Part shown: positions 50,666 to 63,790 of the stretch, piece after piece
Numbering within the stretch: the stretch's first letter is position 1
How the letters are laid out: every line of letters starts with the position of its first letter
Assembly: GCF_009834535.1 (NCBI RefSeq)
Contig: NC_045696.1
Location: 73,286,001-73,350,000, forward strand
Source of the DNA: Camelus ferus
Taxonomy: Eukaryota
DNA: 64,000 bases
Direction of reading: 5' to 3'
The notes under the pieces: generated by a model
Databases searched by the model: none
The model's input: only the letters and a program-made list of their open reading frames with translations
Told to the model about the DNA's origin: nothing
Translations under genes and position numbers: made by a program

Positions 50666-53401
50666 GTAAGAGAGAAGCAATAGTTTCTGCAACAGAAGAC
50701 AAGAACTTCTTTCCTCTAAATCCCACACACATATGGCTGTTTGTCCCAAGCTCATGGATAATTTACAAACAGTGGGTGATGTGCTATGAAGAAAATGACT
50801 CAATGGCCCATCTGTAATTTAAATATGTGACAAAATGTTTAAATGTTTCAAACAATGGTAAAACACTAGACTTAACATTTCGAAAGCAAGTGTGGAACAT
50901 TTTTTTTTTCTAATTTATTGGCTTCATTTTGTACCAGCCCAAACAGACATCCAGTATTTGATTCTTTCTGAGATGCAGTATGTCATCTTCCATTGAACAT
51001 CTCATTGGAAAATAAGGAGGAGAGTATCCATTTTTTTGAGAATAGCCTGACCATTGTCTATGTACCAAATGCTAATGTCTACAATTGAAGAAAAATCAGA
51101 AATTCAAGTTCTTATGCAAGATTTTCATCTATCATGGGAAATACTTCATTCATTTTCTTATCAGCACAATAACAGCCCCAATCTCCATACGTCAACATTT
51201 TGAAATGAAACTTCAAATTATTTTCATGCTGACATTTATGTAACCTATATCTCTGTAGACACAAAATGAAGAGCTGTTAGTGCACAATGGTTATAAATAA
51301 GGCCCAATCTCCAGTTAAACACCTATAATTTGACTGATTCTCTCAAAATACAAGCAAAAAGAAAAACAAATGGATGTTAGCTCTTTTTCTGTTTGCTCAA
51401 AACAAAACTGAGGAGTGAAAAAATGCATTTAGTTAACTGTCTGTTGAGTTTATGTAACTTCAACCAGGCAGGGTAGATTTTGGAGGGAGGCAGAGATTTA
51501 TCACTAACAAAAAGAATCTAAATAAAACTAGTTCTTTAATCAAGGTGAAAGAGAAAACAACAATAACTGAAACAAGGACCTAAGGTATAAAAACAAGAAA
51601 ATAAAATTCTAAATAAAAATTGGTGTTTATTTTTCTATTATAAAGGGAAACTCATTTGCAAATGCACATGCTCATCTCAAATAAATGAAATGTTTGATGG
51701 CTATATTTAGTTGGATTTTGCAAACTGCTTCAGATTGAAATGTATTTGGAAACCTAAAACTGATTTGTTCCATGTAAATCGCATTTAAAACTTTTTCGGC
51801 TAAAGATATTGCCAGTAAAGCTATTAACTTGAGGATGAGCTCTTTCTTTAGACCTCCGAACCTGTTAAGCTGTTGATAATATTAGGAGATTTTTTTTACT
51901 CTTTATGTGAAATATAAAAAAACAAGGAACCACTTTTTTTCCACTTGAAAGGGATGAAAACCCAATTCCAAAATTAATTATTGTTATTATCAATCTGACC
52001 TTAAATGAACCTTCCTCCCTTCTTCTGCTTGCCCTTGAACCATGTCTCAGGAGCAACTGACTGGATAGGCAGAATTTCTCCAAGAGCTCCTCAACTGGAC
52101 ATTTTCTCTATATTCTAAACATACTGGGCTATATTTAATGGCAGTGAAAGCTAATAGTATGTCAACATTTTAAAACACTTGGCTCTGAAAATATTCTGAC
52201 AGTGTTAATTTCATATAAAAGCCAAATACTTCGTCTCCTTTCTTATTATGTAGAATATATATACACATACATATATGTGTGTATATATATGTATATATAT
52301 AATATATGTCATAACACTGTACCCTAAAGTTAACCCATAAGGTTAGCTTGGTTTAATTTATTATGAAAATATTGTTATTTAATGATTGACATGACATTTG
52401 GACTATCAGAATCTGTAATCTGTACTATTATCCTTTTTCTCCCTTCTATTTCTGGGAAACCTAAAACTCCCTTCATTTTAAAAAAGCTCCTTATTGTCAG
52501 GCCTGTTGCCCTGTGTATTTTCATTAATCTCAGCCCACTCACTCCAGCTGGGCTAGCCATTCAGCATATGACAGTTATTTGGAAACCTGAAATACATACT
52601 GAGAAGAGCATAATGTAAATGCATAATTAATGGAATTTATATTTGATATATATTGAAAATGTTTCAGCATTTCTAGAACATTCATACTCTAGTGTTCTTC
52701 CTTCCAAATTATTCATCAGTAATGTCTGTAAAGTCAAAAATAACACTTGGACTTGATCAATTCTGTCAATAAATGAAGTATGCAATATTTAAATGTTCTA
52801 AGTCTATTAGAGTTGGCTTTATAAGCAGATTATCATTGTAAACATCCTAGGGGGTGGAGAGGGGGAATCCATTCACCAAACTGTAATGCAGGAAATCGAG
52901 TAGGCATTTCAATATTTTTCCTATCCATATTCTAAGATCTTTGATAAATTCTCAATATATGAACTCTGATGACAGAGAGATGCTGCTGGGCACCTAGCTT
53001 GGGTCACTCTTTCATGGCAAGGGTCAAATCTGTAGAGAGCGTTTCAGAATCATTGATTTATTCACCTCTCAGGAAATTTCTCAGAGGTCATTATGAATTG
53101 CTCTAGCCCATTAAGACACATTAATCTGAATATTATAAAATTTCACTATATAGAATCAAGAAATAATTGTACTTTCCATAATTAAAAGTCCATGCAGACA
53201 CTTTCTAGATATAGTACAATACAGAGGATATTTCCTATTCATGAGTTCAATATAAAAGTAAGAGATTTTTAAGCAAATAAAAATCACAATAAATCTTCCA
53301 ACCTCATTTTTAATGCCAATATATGTATTACTTCAACAGCTTTACTATAAAGCTCCTAATATTATTAAGTGCTATCATCCTCCATTCTAGTTTTGTTTCA
53401 G

Positions 53402-53558
53402 ACTGTGGCATGCTCCCGAAGACCATACTTGTGATGATGCTCTCCTGCAAACAGCTTAAGCCTCATTAGCTGATACTACTTGGATGACGATTTTCATTTT
53501 CTGTAATGTAGTGTCTCTTTTTTGAACAAAGATGTCATGTAGTCTGCAAGGCATACAA
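53402..53558 (+). pseudogene. Repeat C: CNBD first exon
   Basis: Acceptor ttttgtttcag, donor caa|gtgagt. Reads HTCDDALL/KQL/SLIS*YYLDDDF, resembling alpha-A/beta1 (CDxxFLxQLSL...YxxGDF). Confidence 0.55.
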
Positions 53559-53794
53559 GTGAGTCACAAAACATGAAAACACCTTACAAGTCAACACTCA
53601 CCAAACAGTCATCAAACAAGCACCATATGAACTGGACCCATATATATATCTTTTAACTTCTCTCCCTCTCCTGAACCTTCTGTTACTGAGTAATCAGTCT
53701 ATCACAAGGGCCATCAGCAGGAGCACCTTCAACTATGAAGAGTAATCACAATAACCACCCACCCTGCCCACACCCACACCCACACCCTACACTT

Positions 53795-54000
53795 TTTGGA
53801 GTCATCAGAAGACAGATTCAGTTCCAGACTCCACCACTTTGCTGTTATGTGACTTTAGGTAAATCACTTCCTTGAACCTTCTCAATCTCAATATTCTCAT
53901 CTGTAGAACAAAATTAATAACAATATTTGTCCCATCTACTTTGTAGAATTGTTAAAGAAGGATTGAAAAAATATATATGAAAGCTTGTTTTGAAAAGTGT
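53795..54000. mobile_element. MIR SINE
   Basis: tgtgactttaggtaaatcactt...tctcaatattctcatctgtagaa. Confidence 0.7.
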
Positions 54001-55380
54001 AACTGTACAACTATTAGAGATATGATGCAAAAGTTACTCTGAAGTTGAAATACTCAGAGTAATATTTAGTCATATTATATTTAGGAGAAGTTGTTATATT
54101 ATATTATAATTTATTTCTTACTTATTAATAGAAGTACAAATAAATATGATTTCACTCCATCTTATATATTTCTGTTTGTAGGTATTGATTTACTTAATCA
54201 ATATTTATTTATTGGTTAAACAATAACTTTATTTGATAATTTAAAACATTTATAGTTTTCAATGAGATAAATTAGAAAACCTTGATAGAAATGTGTCCAG
54301 AGTCATTATAATGGAATTATTTATAATCCTCAGTGTAAAATTACATCAATTGTGTATGATTTGCAGGAAAGATTCATTAACTTTACTCTCAGTTTTCCTG
54401 TATTCTCTCAGAATATTAGTTTGAGTACTGATACAACTTACTATTGATCTAGCATTCAATCACATATTGAGTATACCAGCATGCCCACTTTCATGATACA
54501 GAATTTTTTTATTCATCCTAGTGCATTGTTTGAGATTTTAAAATAGGTTCTTTACTTTCACTTTCATATTACTGGCCACATCAGCCCATCTTGCTTATCA
54601 GGAGCAACCTAATATTAACTTAAATGACAACCAAAATGCTTCATCCACAATTTCACTTCTCTCCTTGACATTCTTGACTTCAGCTGACCCTACACTCAGA
54701 CAACAGCAGTACCTTTATTTATTATTAGCAATTTTCTCTCCATAACGGGCCACTTAATTACCAATCTGACACTCAGAACATTTCTATCCAGCTGCAATGA
54801 AGTGGTTTGGAATAACTAGAGGCAAAGGCGTCAGTTGCTGCTTTCAACAAACAGGAAATTTTAGATAATTTCAGGCATTTGACCCATTTTACTCTAGCTA
54901 GGTATGTGTGCATGTGTGTGCATGTATGCATATGTGTGTCTGTGCTGTGTGTGTTACATGTTGGCTACTGAAGTGTGTACTGCAAAATATACATTCCAAG
55001 ACTCTGTGTGGGAGAAGCATTACCATGATCTTCCCGGAGAAAAGTGCCAGATATGACACATAGGTCAGTTACTGGCCAAAGAATACTATGCATTCCCTAA
55101 TAGGTAACACATAATGGCAACTATCTTTTAAAACTCTGTAGATTCCTTTTCATTGACAATCATATTGTATTGAAGACATCTTTCATTTCTTTATTAAAAC
55201 TAATATTTACCTCATGAAAATATATTCTATCATTCAGCCTCCATTCCTCCGAGTTCAAAATTTTTTTAAAAATCAGCCAATAATAAAAATACTTTCATTT
55301 CTAGCTTTAACTAAAAGATAAATCTATAATTTTTCCAGCTTTTGCTTATATGCCACTATGCTCAATATTTTTCTTTTAAG

Positions 55381-55610
55381 AATCAACGATCCAGTTGAGT
55401 CTTGATTTCAACTTAAGACCATCCATTAGAGAAAGTTAAGAGCCTGAAAAGGGTCAGCCTTTTCTGTCTCTATTAGTCTAGGTAGCTTTCGTCTCTAATG
55501 GAATCCTTTCGATAATTATTTCATACTTCTGGCAAATCTTGATGGAGTCCATTCACCTCAATGCTACCTCTGCCGATCATTCAAAAGCTTCTATTAGAAC
55601 ATCTCAGAGA
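55381..55610 (+). pseudogene. Repeat C: CNBD second exon
   Basis: Acceptor atatttttcttttaag. Reads DHPLEKVKSLK/GSAF (VxxLxxGSxF), later MLPLPIIQKLLLEHL (alpha-B like). 3' boundary uncertain. Confidence 0.48.
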
Positions 55611-56714
55611 AACCTCCTTTTTTGCTTTATACTCAAATAAAGGAGGTAAAAAACTAAACTTCAAGAGGGCCTATGCTTTTCAGTGTAATCACAATACTTT
55701 CTAGTCTGAACAAGAGGCATCAGCTATTCTTTCTCTTTTGAAAGCATTTTGACCAGGTGGAAGGATTTTAAACATATACACAGTACACACATATCCTGGT
55801 CTCATTGAGAATAACAGAAAGTATTTTCATAGTTATATGCATATGGCTTTTTTCCCACTCTTAAACTTTAGGAAATATGAGTTCTCTCTCACCTTCAATG
55901 ACAGCACTTTTCAAATGAAAAAAAAGAGAAATACCTGACCAATAATTGTAATAATATATCACCGTTAATGCTAAGATTGAACCAAAAAATTAGGTTACAA
56001 TCTGGGACACATTCTTGAAGTGCATCATACACTTTAAAATACAGATCTCCTTCCTATTTGTATTTTTGCTTAGTTACTCACAAACATAACTTTAATTTCC
56101 TAAGCAGAAAACAGCTAGATGACAGGTGAAAGCTGATTGAGGATTAAGAATTCGCTGTGAACTTTATACAGAGCAGCTAACAGTCACTTGAGGAATCAAG
56201 TGCTGAATGTATTAGATGATTCTAGCTGCCACTTCTTTACTAGACCTACTCTAAATGGAGCTCTGGGTCTGTTTAGGGCAGAGTGGGGCCTCATAAACCC
56301 AGAGAGACCTGTCCACTGCAGTAACAGGGAGAGGAAGCTCTCTTGTTGGGGTCTGGTCATGGTGAAGGGAAGAGGATCCAGCCACACTTATTCAGTACCT
56401 TCTACCCAACACCTTTTACAAAGGATTTAAGGTGGCTCCAAACATGAACATACTGTGAGAGAAACAACATTTACCAGAGAATGGTAAGGCAAAGGAAGAA
56501 TAAAGATTGAACAATAGTAAGATCAAGGGTGAGATGTACACACAGAAATGCATAACCTACTTTACCTGAGTCACCAGGGGTGCTGTCCTAGGCCACAAGC
56601 AAAGGGGAAGCATGGCCAGGCACAAGATTCACAATATCCATAAGTGTAGGGGGAGGGCGGGGGAACTGCTTTAATAAAGTACCTACTATGTAACAAATAC
56701 TTTCATATGGGCTG

Positions 56715-56850
56715 GTATTATTATTTTCATTTTATAGAAAAGGAAAGAGAGGAGGTTCTGAGTAGCTGAGTGATTTTCACTAAAGCAAAATGGCTGGTAA
56801 GAGTCAGAGCTAGGATTCAAACTCGGTTCTGACACCAAACTCATGCTCAT
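56715..56850. mobile_element. MIR SINE
   Basis: cattttatagaaaaggaaa...gtcagagctaggattcaaactc. Confidence 0.65.
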
Positions 56851-57349
56851 TTCAAGAAGAGGGCAAGGGACAAAGTGTCCTCAAAACTCTGTTTTCTGGG
56901 CCTGTGTACCTTCTTACTGAAAAGAAGCAGAGAAGGCATCTTTCTTAATTCTTAGAAAATTTGTTGATGTGCTTGTAAATCAATATAAATTATAGAGTAT
57001 TTCAAATAAATGAGGTTCTACTTTATCTGCTATACATCATATTTAAGTTATGTTATTTTGTTTCCTGCTTTTTATTATCATAATTTTCCTATGTTAATCC
57101 ACAGTGTCATAAAATTTTTGTAATGCTTATATAGCAATGAAATGAGTATCTATATCCTACAATATAAACATGAGATTTAGGTATTCCTGAGGACACACAA
57201 AAGGGAATATTCGGGGCTACTTTTAAAAATATTAATATTCCATTTATCAAAGTCACATTCATAAACCCAGTTTTTCCTTAAGCTTTTACATTTGACTTCA
57301 AGTCTTAATTTTCTATTGATATATCTTTATCACTTTTAAAAGTATTTAG

Positions 57350-57962
57350 CAGTTGGAACCTAATCAAACTTAAAAGATTTTGCACAGCAAAGGAAACTAC
57401 AAACAAAACAAAAATACAATCTACAGAATGGGAGAAAATATTTGCAAATGATGCAATTGACAAGGGGTTAATTTCCAAAATATACAAACAGTTCATACAG
57501 CTCAATATAAAAAAAAAAATCAAAAACAGGTAGAAGACCTAAAAAGACATTTCTCCAAAGAAGACATACAGATGGCCAACAAGCACAAAAAAAGATGCTC
57601 AACAACACTAATTTTTAGAGAAATGTAAATCAAAAACACAATGAGGTATCACTTCACACCAGTCAGAACAGCCATCATCAAAAAGTCTATAAATAAATGC
57701 TGGGTGTGGAGAAAAGGGAACCCTTCTACACTGCTAGTGGGAATGTAAATTGGTGCAGCCACCATGGAGAACAGTATGGATGTGACTTTAAAAACAAAAA
57801 ATAGAGCAACCCCACTCTTAGGCGTATATCCCAAAAAGACAAAAACTCTAATTTGAAAAGATACATGCACCCCAATGTCCACAGTAGCACTATTTACAAC
57901 AGCCAAGACATGGAAACAACACAAAATACCCACCAAAGGATGATTGGTTTAAGAAGATGAGG

Positions 57963-58008
<46 letters not shown>

Positions 58009-58415
58009 GGAATATTGCTCAGACATAGAAAAGAATGAGATACTGCCATTTGCAGCAACACAGACGGACCGAGAGAATATCATACTAAGTGAAGTAAGTC
58101 GGACAGAGAAAGACAATTATATGATATCACTTAGATGTGGAATCTAAAAATAAAACAAGAATCTATATACACAACAAAAATAGACTCACAGACATAGAAA
58201 GCAAAATCATGGCTACCAAAGGGGAAAGGGAGGGATGAAGGGATAAATTAAGAGTATGAGATTAACAAACTTACTACACATAAAATAGATAAGCAACAAG
58301 GATTTATTGTATAGTATAGGAAACTATACTTATTATCTTATAATAACCTATGATAATAATCTGTAATAAAATGTAATAACCAGAAAATAATCTGAAAAAT
58401 ATATATAACAAAAAA
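57350..58415 (+). mobile_element. 5'-truncated L1 (ORF2 C-terminus plus 3'UTR) containing (CA)n at ~57968-58006
   Basis: Homologous to 14205-15365; gaggtatcacttcacaccagtcagaa; A-rich end. Confidence 0.92.
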
Positions 58416-58899
58416 AGTTTAATAACTTAAATAAAATTTCCTGAAGCTTTATAGCATTTATATATTTACTGTTATATATTGAAGATGAAATTAATATTTA
58501 AATATTTTGATTGTTTAACAAATCTTTGCTAATACTTAAACAATCTATAAGTCTATTATATTAAAACTTTAAATATATGAATCTTAAGCTTTATTAAATG
58601 TTGCAAGTGATATTTATAATATTAATAAAACTCTTCTCAACTCAAAACTAAAATTTTAAATCATTTTATATATTGTAAACAGAAACATAAGCTAAACTGT
58701 TGGAAACACTGGAGTCAATAAATGTCATCTTTTTTTTTTTTCTGCCCCCAATTAATCCTGCCCTTTTCTGGGGTCCAGCCTCAGCAGAGGAGGAAAATTC
58801 CTTCATGAAAGTACACTTTTTAGTTTGGGAGAGATTGGGTGTGATAAGTCTAGCTCCTTCTCTGTGTTTTCTGGGGAAGTGAGATGTCCACTAAGAGTA

Positions 58900-59960
58900 T
58901 ATGTTCTTGATTGCATTTCATTGTCTTTTAATTGGTGAGTTTAACCTATTTACACTTATTGCAATGATAGTTTCTCATTTCTACCAACTTGTTTCAAGTT
59001 TCCCATTTATTGTACTTTTTCTTCTCTTTCCCTACTTTCCAAAAGGTAAACTAATTTTTTTCTGATGATTTAAACATTTTACATGCTATTTTTAGTCTTA
59101 TTTTGGTTACTTATGTTTACTTACCCCTGTTAATTTCACAAGTCTTATCAATATCTATATATTTTTCCCTGAACAATACTTCAGTATATTACCATGTCTC
59201 TTAATCTTATCCCATACACCACCTCTATCATGTTGATACTATCTAGAATTTAGTAATGAATTATATAAACATACATATTTTTCTTTTCCCTTGTCTTTTT
59301 TTCATTTTATTCAGGTATAATTTACACACAGCCAAATGCACAGATCTTAAGTGTTTAATTAATTTAGACAAAGGTATATACACATATAACCATCACCAGA
59401 TTCAAGATAAAGGACATTCCAGAATCCCATAAGTTTCTCTTATGCCTCCTTCCAGTCAACCCTCTCCATGAGAGTCAACTGCTATTCTTATTTCTATCAC
59501 CATAGATTAATCTATCTCTTCTAGAATTTCTTATTAAAAGAATCATGTAACATGAACCTTTTGTGTTTGGCTTTTTTCACTCAACCATGAACTTCTGTGA
59601 TTCACTCATGTTGTTGGATTTATCAGTAGTTGTTTTCTTTTTATCATTGAATAGTATTCAATTGTATGAACATACCATCTATCTATTGCTTATCTATTTT
59701 TCCACTGGTGAATATTTCTTTTCTTTTTTTTAAACTGGGAATACTATGAATAAGGCTGCTATTAATGGTCCCATATACATTTTGTGAACATGAACAGAAT
59801 TGCTAGATCATAACTGCTCCATGTGTGTGCTGGAACTTCTTCACTGGACACCTGAACTCCTACAAAAACTCTCTCAGCCATGGGTGATGTCTGAATTGAT
59901 GTTCCTTGGTGGGGCAATGGTAGGAAACTTATTTCAGCATATTTATGACATCACTCCTTT
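58900..59960 (-). mobile_element. Old L1M fragments, antisense
   Basis: ttggtgagtttaacctatttaca; ggtataatttacacacagccaaatgcacagatcttaagtgt; 5'UTR-like piece at ~59810-59960. Confidence 0.7.
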
Positions 59961-60929
59961 TGATTTTATCTACCTAGGGTCTTGGTCACATACCAGGATG
60001 TCTAATAAACACTCCAAGCTTCCATAGATCTATTTATCAGATAATTTAAGGGCATAAGATCGTGGCTGTGGGATCAGTCATAGCAATTTGTGTAAGTATA
60101 CTTCCTCCCACTTGTCCCTATCCATCTTCAGAGCTTGAACCTGTTACTTTCATACAGACGAAGGAGGCTGAGCGAAGCTCTCCATTTTGTCATTCAATTT
60201 TCCTGTTTCTAATCCAGAAACAGAACTGCCATGGTGGGACAAGTTCTTAGAGTGAGAGTAAGAACATTGTATCAGGTAGGGGTAGTTTTAAAGAAGTCCA
60301 GGACACTAGACCAGAAGAGTTTCTTTGAAGGGAAGGTAGAAGCCTAAACTGTCCATGCCTTCTCTCACCTTAAGCTGTTATATTTTCACTTACTTGGCTT
60401 ATTTCCAGTGCTTAAAACTGAGAAGATCATTGTTACTTCCAAACCTCGTCTCTAAGGATACCCTGCTCTCCCTCTCTAAATTTTTACACATATAAAAGTT
60501 TCCTTTCCCCTTGGTCCTGCTGAAAGAACTTGAATTCTTCAAAAAAGAAGCTTTACCAGGAATAAATGGGTGGGGAGAACTTTGCATATTCCAAATTACT
60601 TTAAAATTATATGAAAGTAAACTATCAAATATTTACAGTTGATTTTCAAATTTACAGAAAAATACTATGTGGGCTACATTTATGTCATATTAAAAGTTAT
60701 CTCTATACTTAGTAAAATTTAAATCTAAGTCCTGGTTAGATTAACTTTAGTCAAGTCTAAGTCTAAATTAAAAGATACTTTTTGTCCCTGGCACACAATG
60801 ATATCCCAGATGATTTTGGTATTTTTTTGTAAACTTTTACATTGATCAGCAATTATAATTAGGACTTTTCCTAATTAAAATTGTAGGTATCAATCTTAAA
60901 TTTTATATATATGGTTGTATTATACATAT

Positions 60930-61850
60930 TTTTGTAGACTTTAAATATTTTGAAATAATTATGAACTATAGGAAGTTGCAGAAATAGTACAAAAGTCCAA
61001 CTTATCCTTTACCCAGCTTCTCCTAATGGTTACATTTTATATAACTGTGGTACGGTACCTAAAGTGGGAAATTGATATTTGTATAATGCTGCTAACTATA
61101 TTTTGCCTTGTTCAGAATTCACAGTTTTATCTTCACACACACACACTCACACATGTGTGTACTTCCATGCAATTTGATCCCATGTACAGATTTGTGTAAT
61201 CGCCACCATAATCCATAAACAAGACTATTCTCTTACACAAAACTCCCCTCTGGAAATCTTTTATAGCCTACCCCTTCATCACCATCCTCCTCATCCCTAT
61301 CCTTTGACAACTACTAATTTATTTGCTATCTATATAATTCTGCTATTGTGAGAATTATATACAGTTAATTCATGTTATTCATAATAGTTATATTCCATCA
61401 AGTCACTGCAAACACTGAATTACAAATACTGAATCAATTATCTTAGGGGGAATTTAGGGTTAAATTCCTGTGAATTCCTCTGGCAACATTTTCATTTACC
61501 AGGCAATACACAGCCTCCTATAAATGGAATCATACAGTAGGTAACTGAGATGAGATTTTTTTTTTCCCACTCAGTATAACACCCTTAAGATTCACCCTAG
61601 TTATCACATTTAGCAAAATAGTTTTCTTTTTTATTTACTTTTTATTTTAAAATAATTATAGGTTGTTCACAGAATGTTACAAAAATAGTACACAGAGGTA
61701 TCATATACCTTTTTTCCATCCAGTTTCCCCCAACGGTAACATCTTTGATAACTATAGTTCAATATCAAAATCTGGAAATTGACATTGGTACAATCCACAG
61801 ACCTACGAAATTCATATGAAATATGAATACCTTTCACCTATTTTACCTAC
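60930..61850 (-). mobile_element. Old L1MC/MD-like 3'-end fragments, antisense
   Basis: Repeated termini gaagttgcagaaatagtaca and gttacaaaaatagtacacagag. Confidence 0.75.
61362..61518. mobile_element. Tigger-family (MER82-like) fragment nested in L1
   Basis: After TA: cagttaattcatgttattcataatagttatattc...aacactgaatta...tagggggaatttagggttaaattcctg. Confidence 0.65.
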
Positions 61851-63024
61851 TTCGTGGCTTTTTGCTTTTGTTTTTTTCTCTCCTCTATCTATGTATTGCC
61901 TGTGTTATTATAATTTAAATAAGCTTCTCATTAACTCTTCTTGTTTCTTTTTTAGTTAAATACACTTATTTTTAAAAAACTTCTATATGACTCCCATGAT
62001 TGAGAAACCATGTAGATGATAAATTTAATAAACTGTAATTATTACACTAAATGTAATAAATGTAATTAGACATTAAATATAAAAGTAATTAAATAATAAT
62101 TGAAATTTAAACATAATCCATGCAGCATTCAAAATCACTGCATATGCCTCCTTGGGTCATACTTTGAGAAAAGCTGCCCTGGAGGACGTGACCTAAGGGC
62201 AAATGTTCATATTTATTTACCCATTTTCAACATTTTTCTAACTTCCTAGTCTTCACTTAATGATGAATTAGTGGAGGCATAAATATGTACCATAGGCGTT
62301 AATATGGGTAGGCAGTGCTTTGGGCTGGGGCAGTCACTGACGATGTTTATGGGAAATATAACATTTGAGTCAGATCTTTGATTTTGAGAAGCAATTGGAC
62401 AAGGGGCAGAGAGATCTAAGAATATTCCAAATGTCTTCCTAGGTACAGAGATAGGGAATTTTATAGCAAGTCTAGAGATGTCTTAAATGTATCAGTTTTA
62501 CAATGGCAGATGCAGTGGATCTTAATGAGCCACTTCATCCAGGGACAAGGGTCTCCATGATCAGAGAACTGACTAATGGTGGGAATTCTCAGCTCAGGGG
62601 TAAAATCTGTGGGTAGCATATTCTTGGGTGGGGATTTGAGAGAGTACTTCAGCACCCCAGAAATCATTTCTAGAGAGCTGCCTCAGAAAGGAGTTTCCTG
62701 TGGCAGCTGTCAAGTGAAAAGGGCACAAACCTGTGGACACTTAGGAAGACATCAATATGCATTCTAAAATCCTAACATACAGTGCATTCCAGGATGTTCT
62801 CAGGAATGTAATTTCTGATTGAACCCAAATGTCTACATTGACCATAAAAATGCACTCTACCTAGTAGGAGAAAATAATATAAAACCTATGAAGCTGTCTC
62901 CAATTGGATTTAACTGATCATTTGTCTCCATTTGGCCAAGTTGTTGCTTAGGCTATGACTCCCTTGAAGGCTTATAATAATGAAATGTGCAAGAAGTCAG
63001 TTTAATAAATGTTCTTTGTCTTAG

Positions 63025-63215
63025 CTGAGGGCACACATTCTTTTAAGACATTACATAGAAACAAAGCACCAATCCTTTGATAGCCTTGGTTATCCCTTGA
63101 ATGAAGTGACTTTCTACCCCACTGTAGCCTCACTACACGAGCTGAGGATTTTTCCACACACAGCCCTTGATATAAACAATTAAACAAGGCCTTGTGCTTT
63201 CAGCACAATGTGGAA
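63025..63215 (+). pseudogene. Repeat D: S3-S4 exon
   Basis: Acceptor gttctttgtcttag. Reads HILLRHYIETKHQSFDSLGYP (HYxxTxxxxxDxL, S3), then YKQLNKALCF (63171-63200), which becomes RLNRALRF by single transitions. Confidence 0.55.
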
Positions 63216-63494
63216 TAGCCAATAAGACCTGTTATTATAATGCTGCTTAGTAATCGTGGGGGGGGGGTCAGAGTTGAGATTAGTTTTGATAAAGATTCCT
63301 CAAAAAACAAAACACAGGGCGCAATGAAAAAGAAAAAAAAGTTTTGCTAGGAAAAAATTGAACCAGGAAAATGTATTTGATTAAGCAAAGGAGCTATTAA
63401 CTGGAAAAAGAGTGCAAAGAAGCCTTCCTGTGCTGCGAGGGGGCCTGAGCGTGTGACACAGTGAGTGTAGGTTGCTTCTAATTCCTCTAATTCA

Positions 63495-63790
63495 GCAATA
63501 ACGTCCCCTTCTGCACACACAACTGCAGAAGAGCTTGGGTACCCAATGAGTCAAGTGTTTGCAGATGCATCAGAATTAGCCACCATTTAAGAAAACCACC
63601 ATCTTTCAGAATGAATTCCCTACATGTCACAATAAGTTCAATTGGAAAGAAAAGAAAGAGATTTTCTGTTACTTCTTTGCTATACACATCCTCCCACCTG
63701 TACGTTGGATGTTTCAAACTACCAAATGCTGCGGGAATTTACCCAGGCATATTATTAATGCCAGCTCACCACGGCATGAACACAAATAGG
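63495..63790 (+). pseudogene. Repeat D: S5-pore remnants
   Basis: THNCRRAW (HxxxxxW, S5 like), NW..., YFFA / LYTSSHLYVGC and PNAAGIYPGILLM; weaker matches. Confidence 0.38.

Larger units (their letters stand above)
3896..63790 (+). pseudogene. Decayed multi-exon unitary pseudogene of a multi-repeat CNBD K+ channel (CNGK-like); ends probably extend beyond what is recognisable
   Basis: About 15 separate segments on one strand give pore, S6, C-linker, CNBD and S1-S5 motifs in collinear order, in up to four repeats. Most have polypyrimidine-AG acceptors and GT donors. There are many stops and indels. Motif comparison was by eye against recalled CNG/HCN/KCNH consensus patterns, not computed. Confidence 0.68.

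Noticed and set aside
53430..53545. Minus-strand terminal-exon candidate LHDIFVQKRDTTLQKMKIVIQVVSANEA*
   Set aside because: No upstream partner exons found; it overlaps the + strand CNBD exon.
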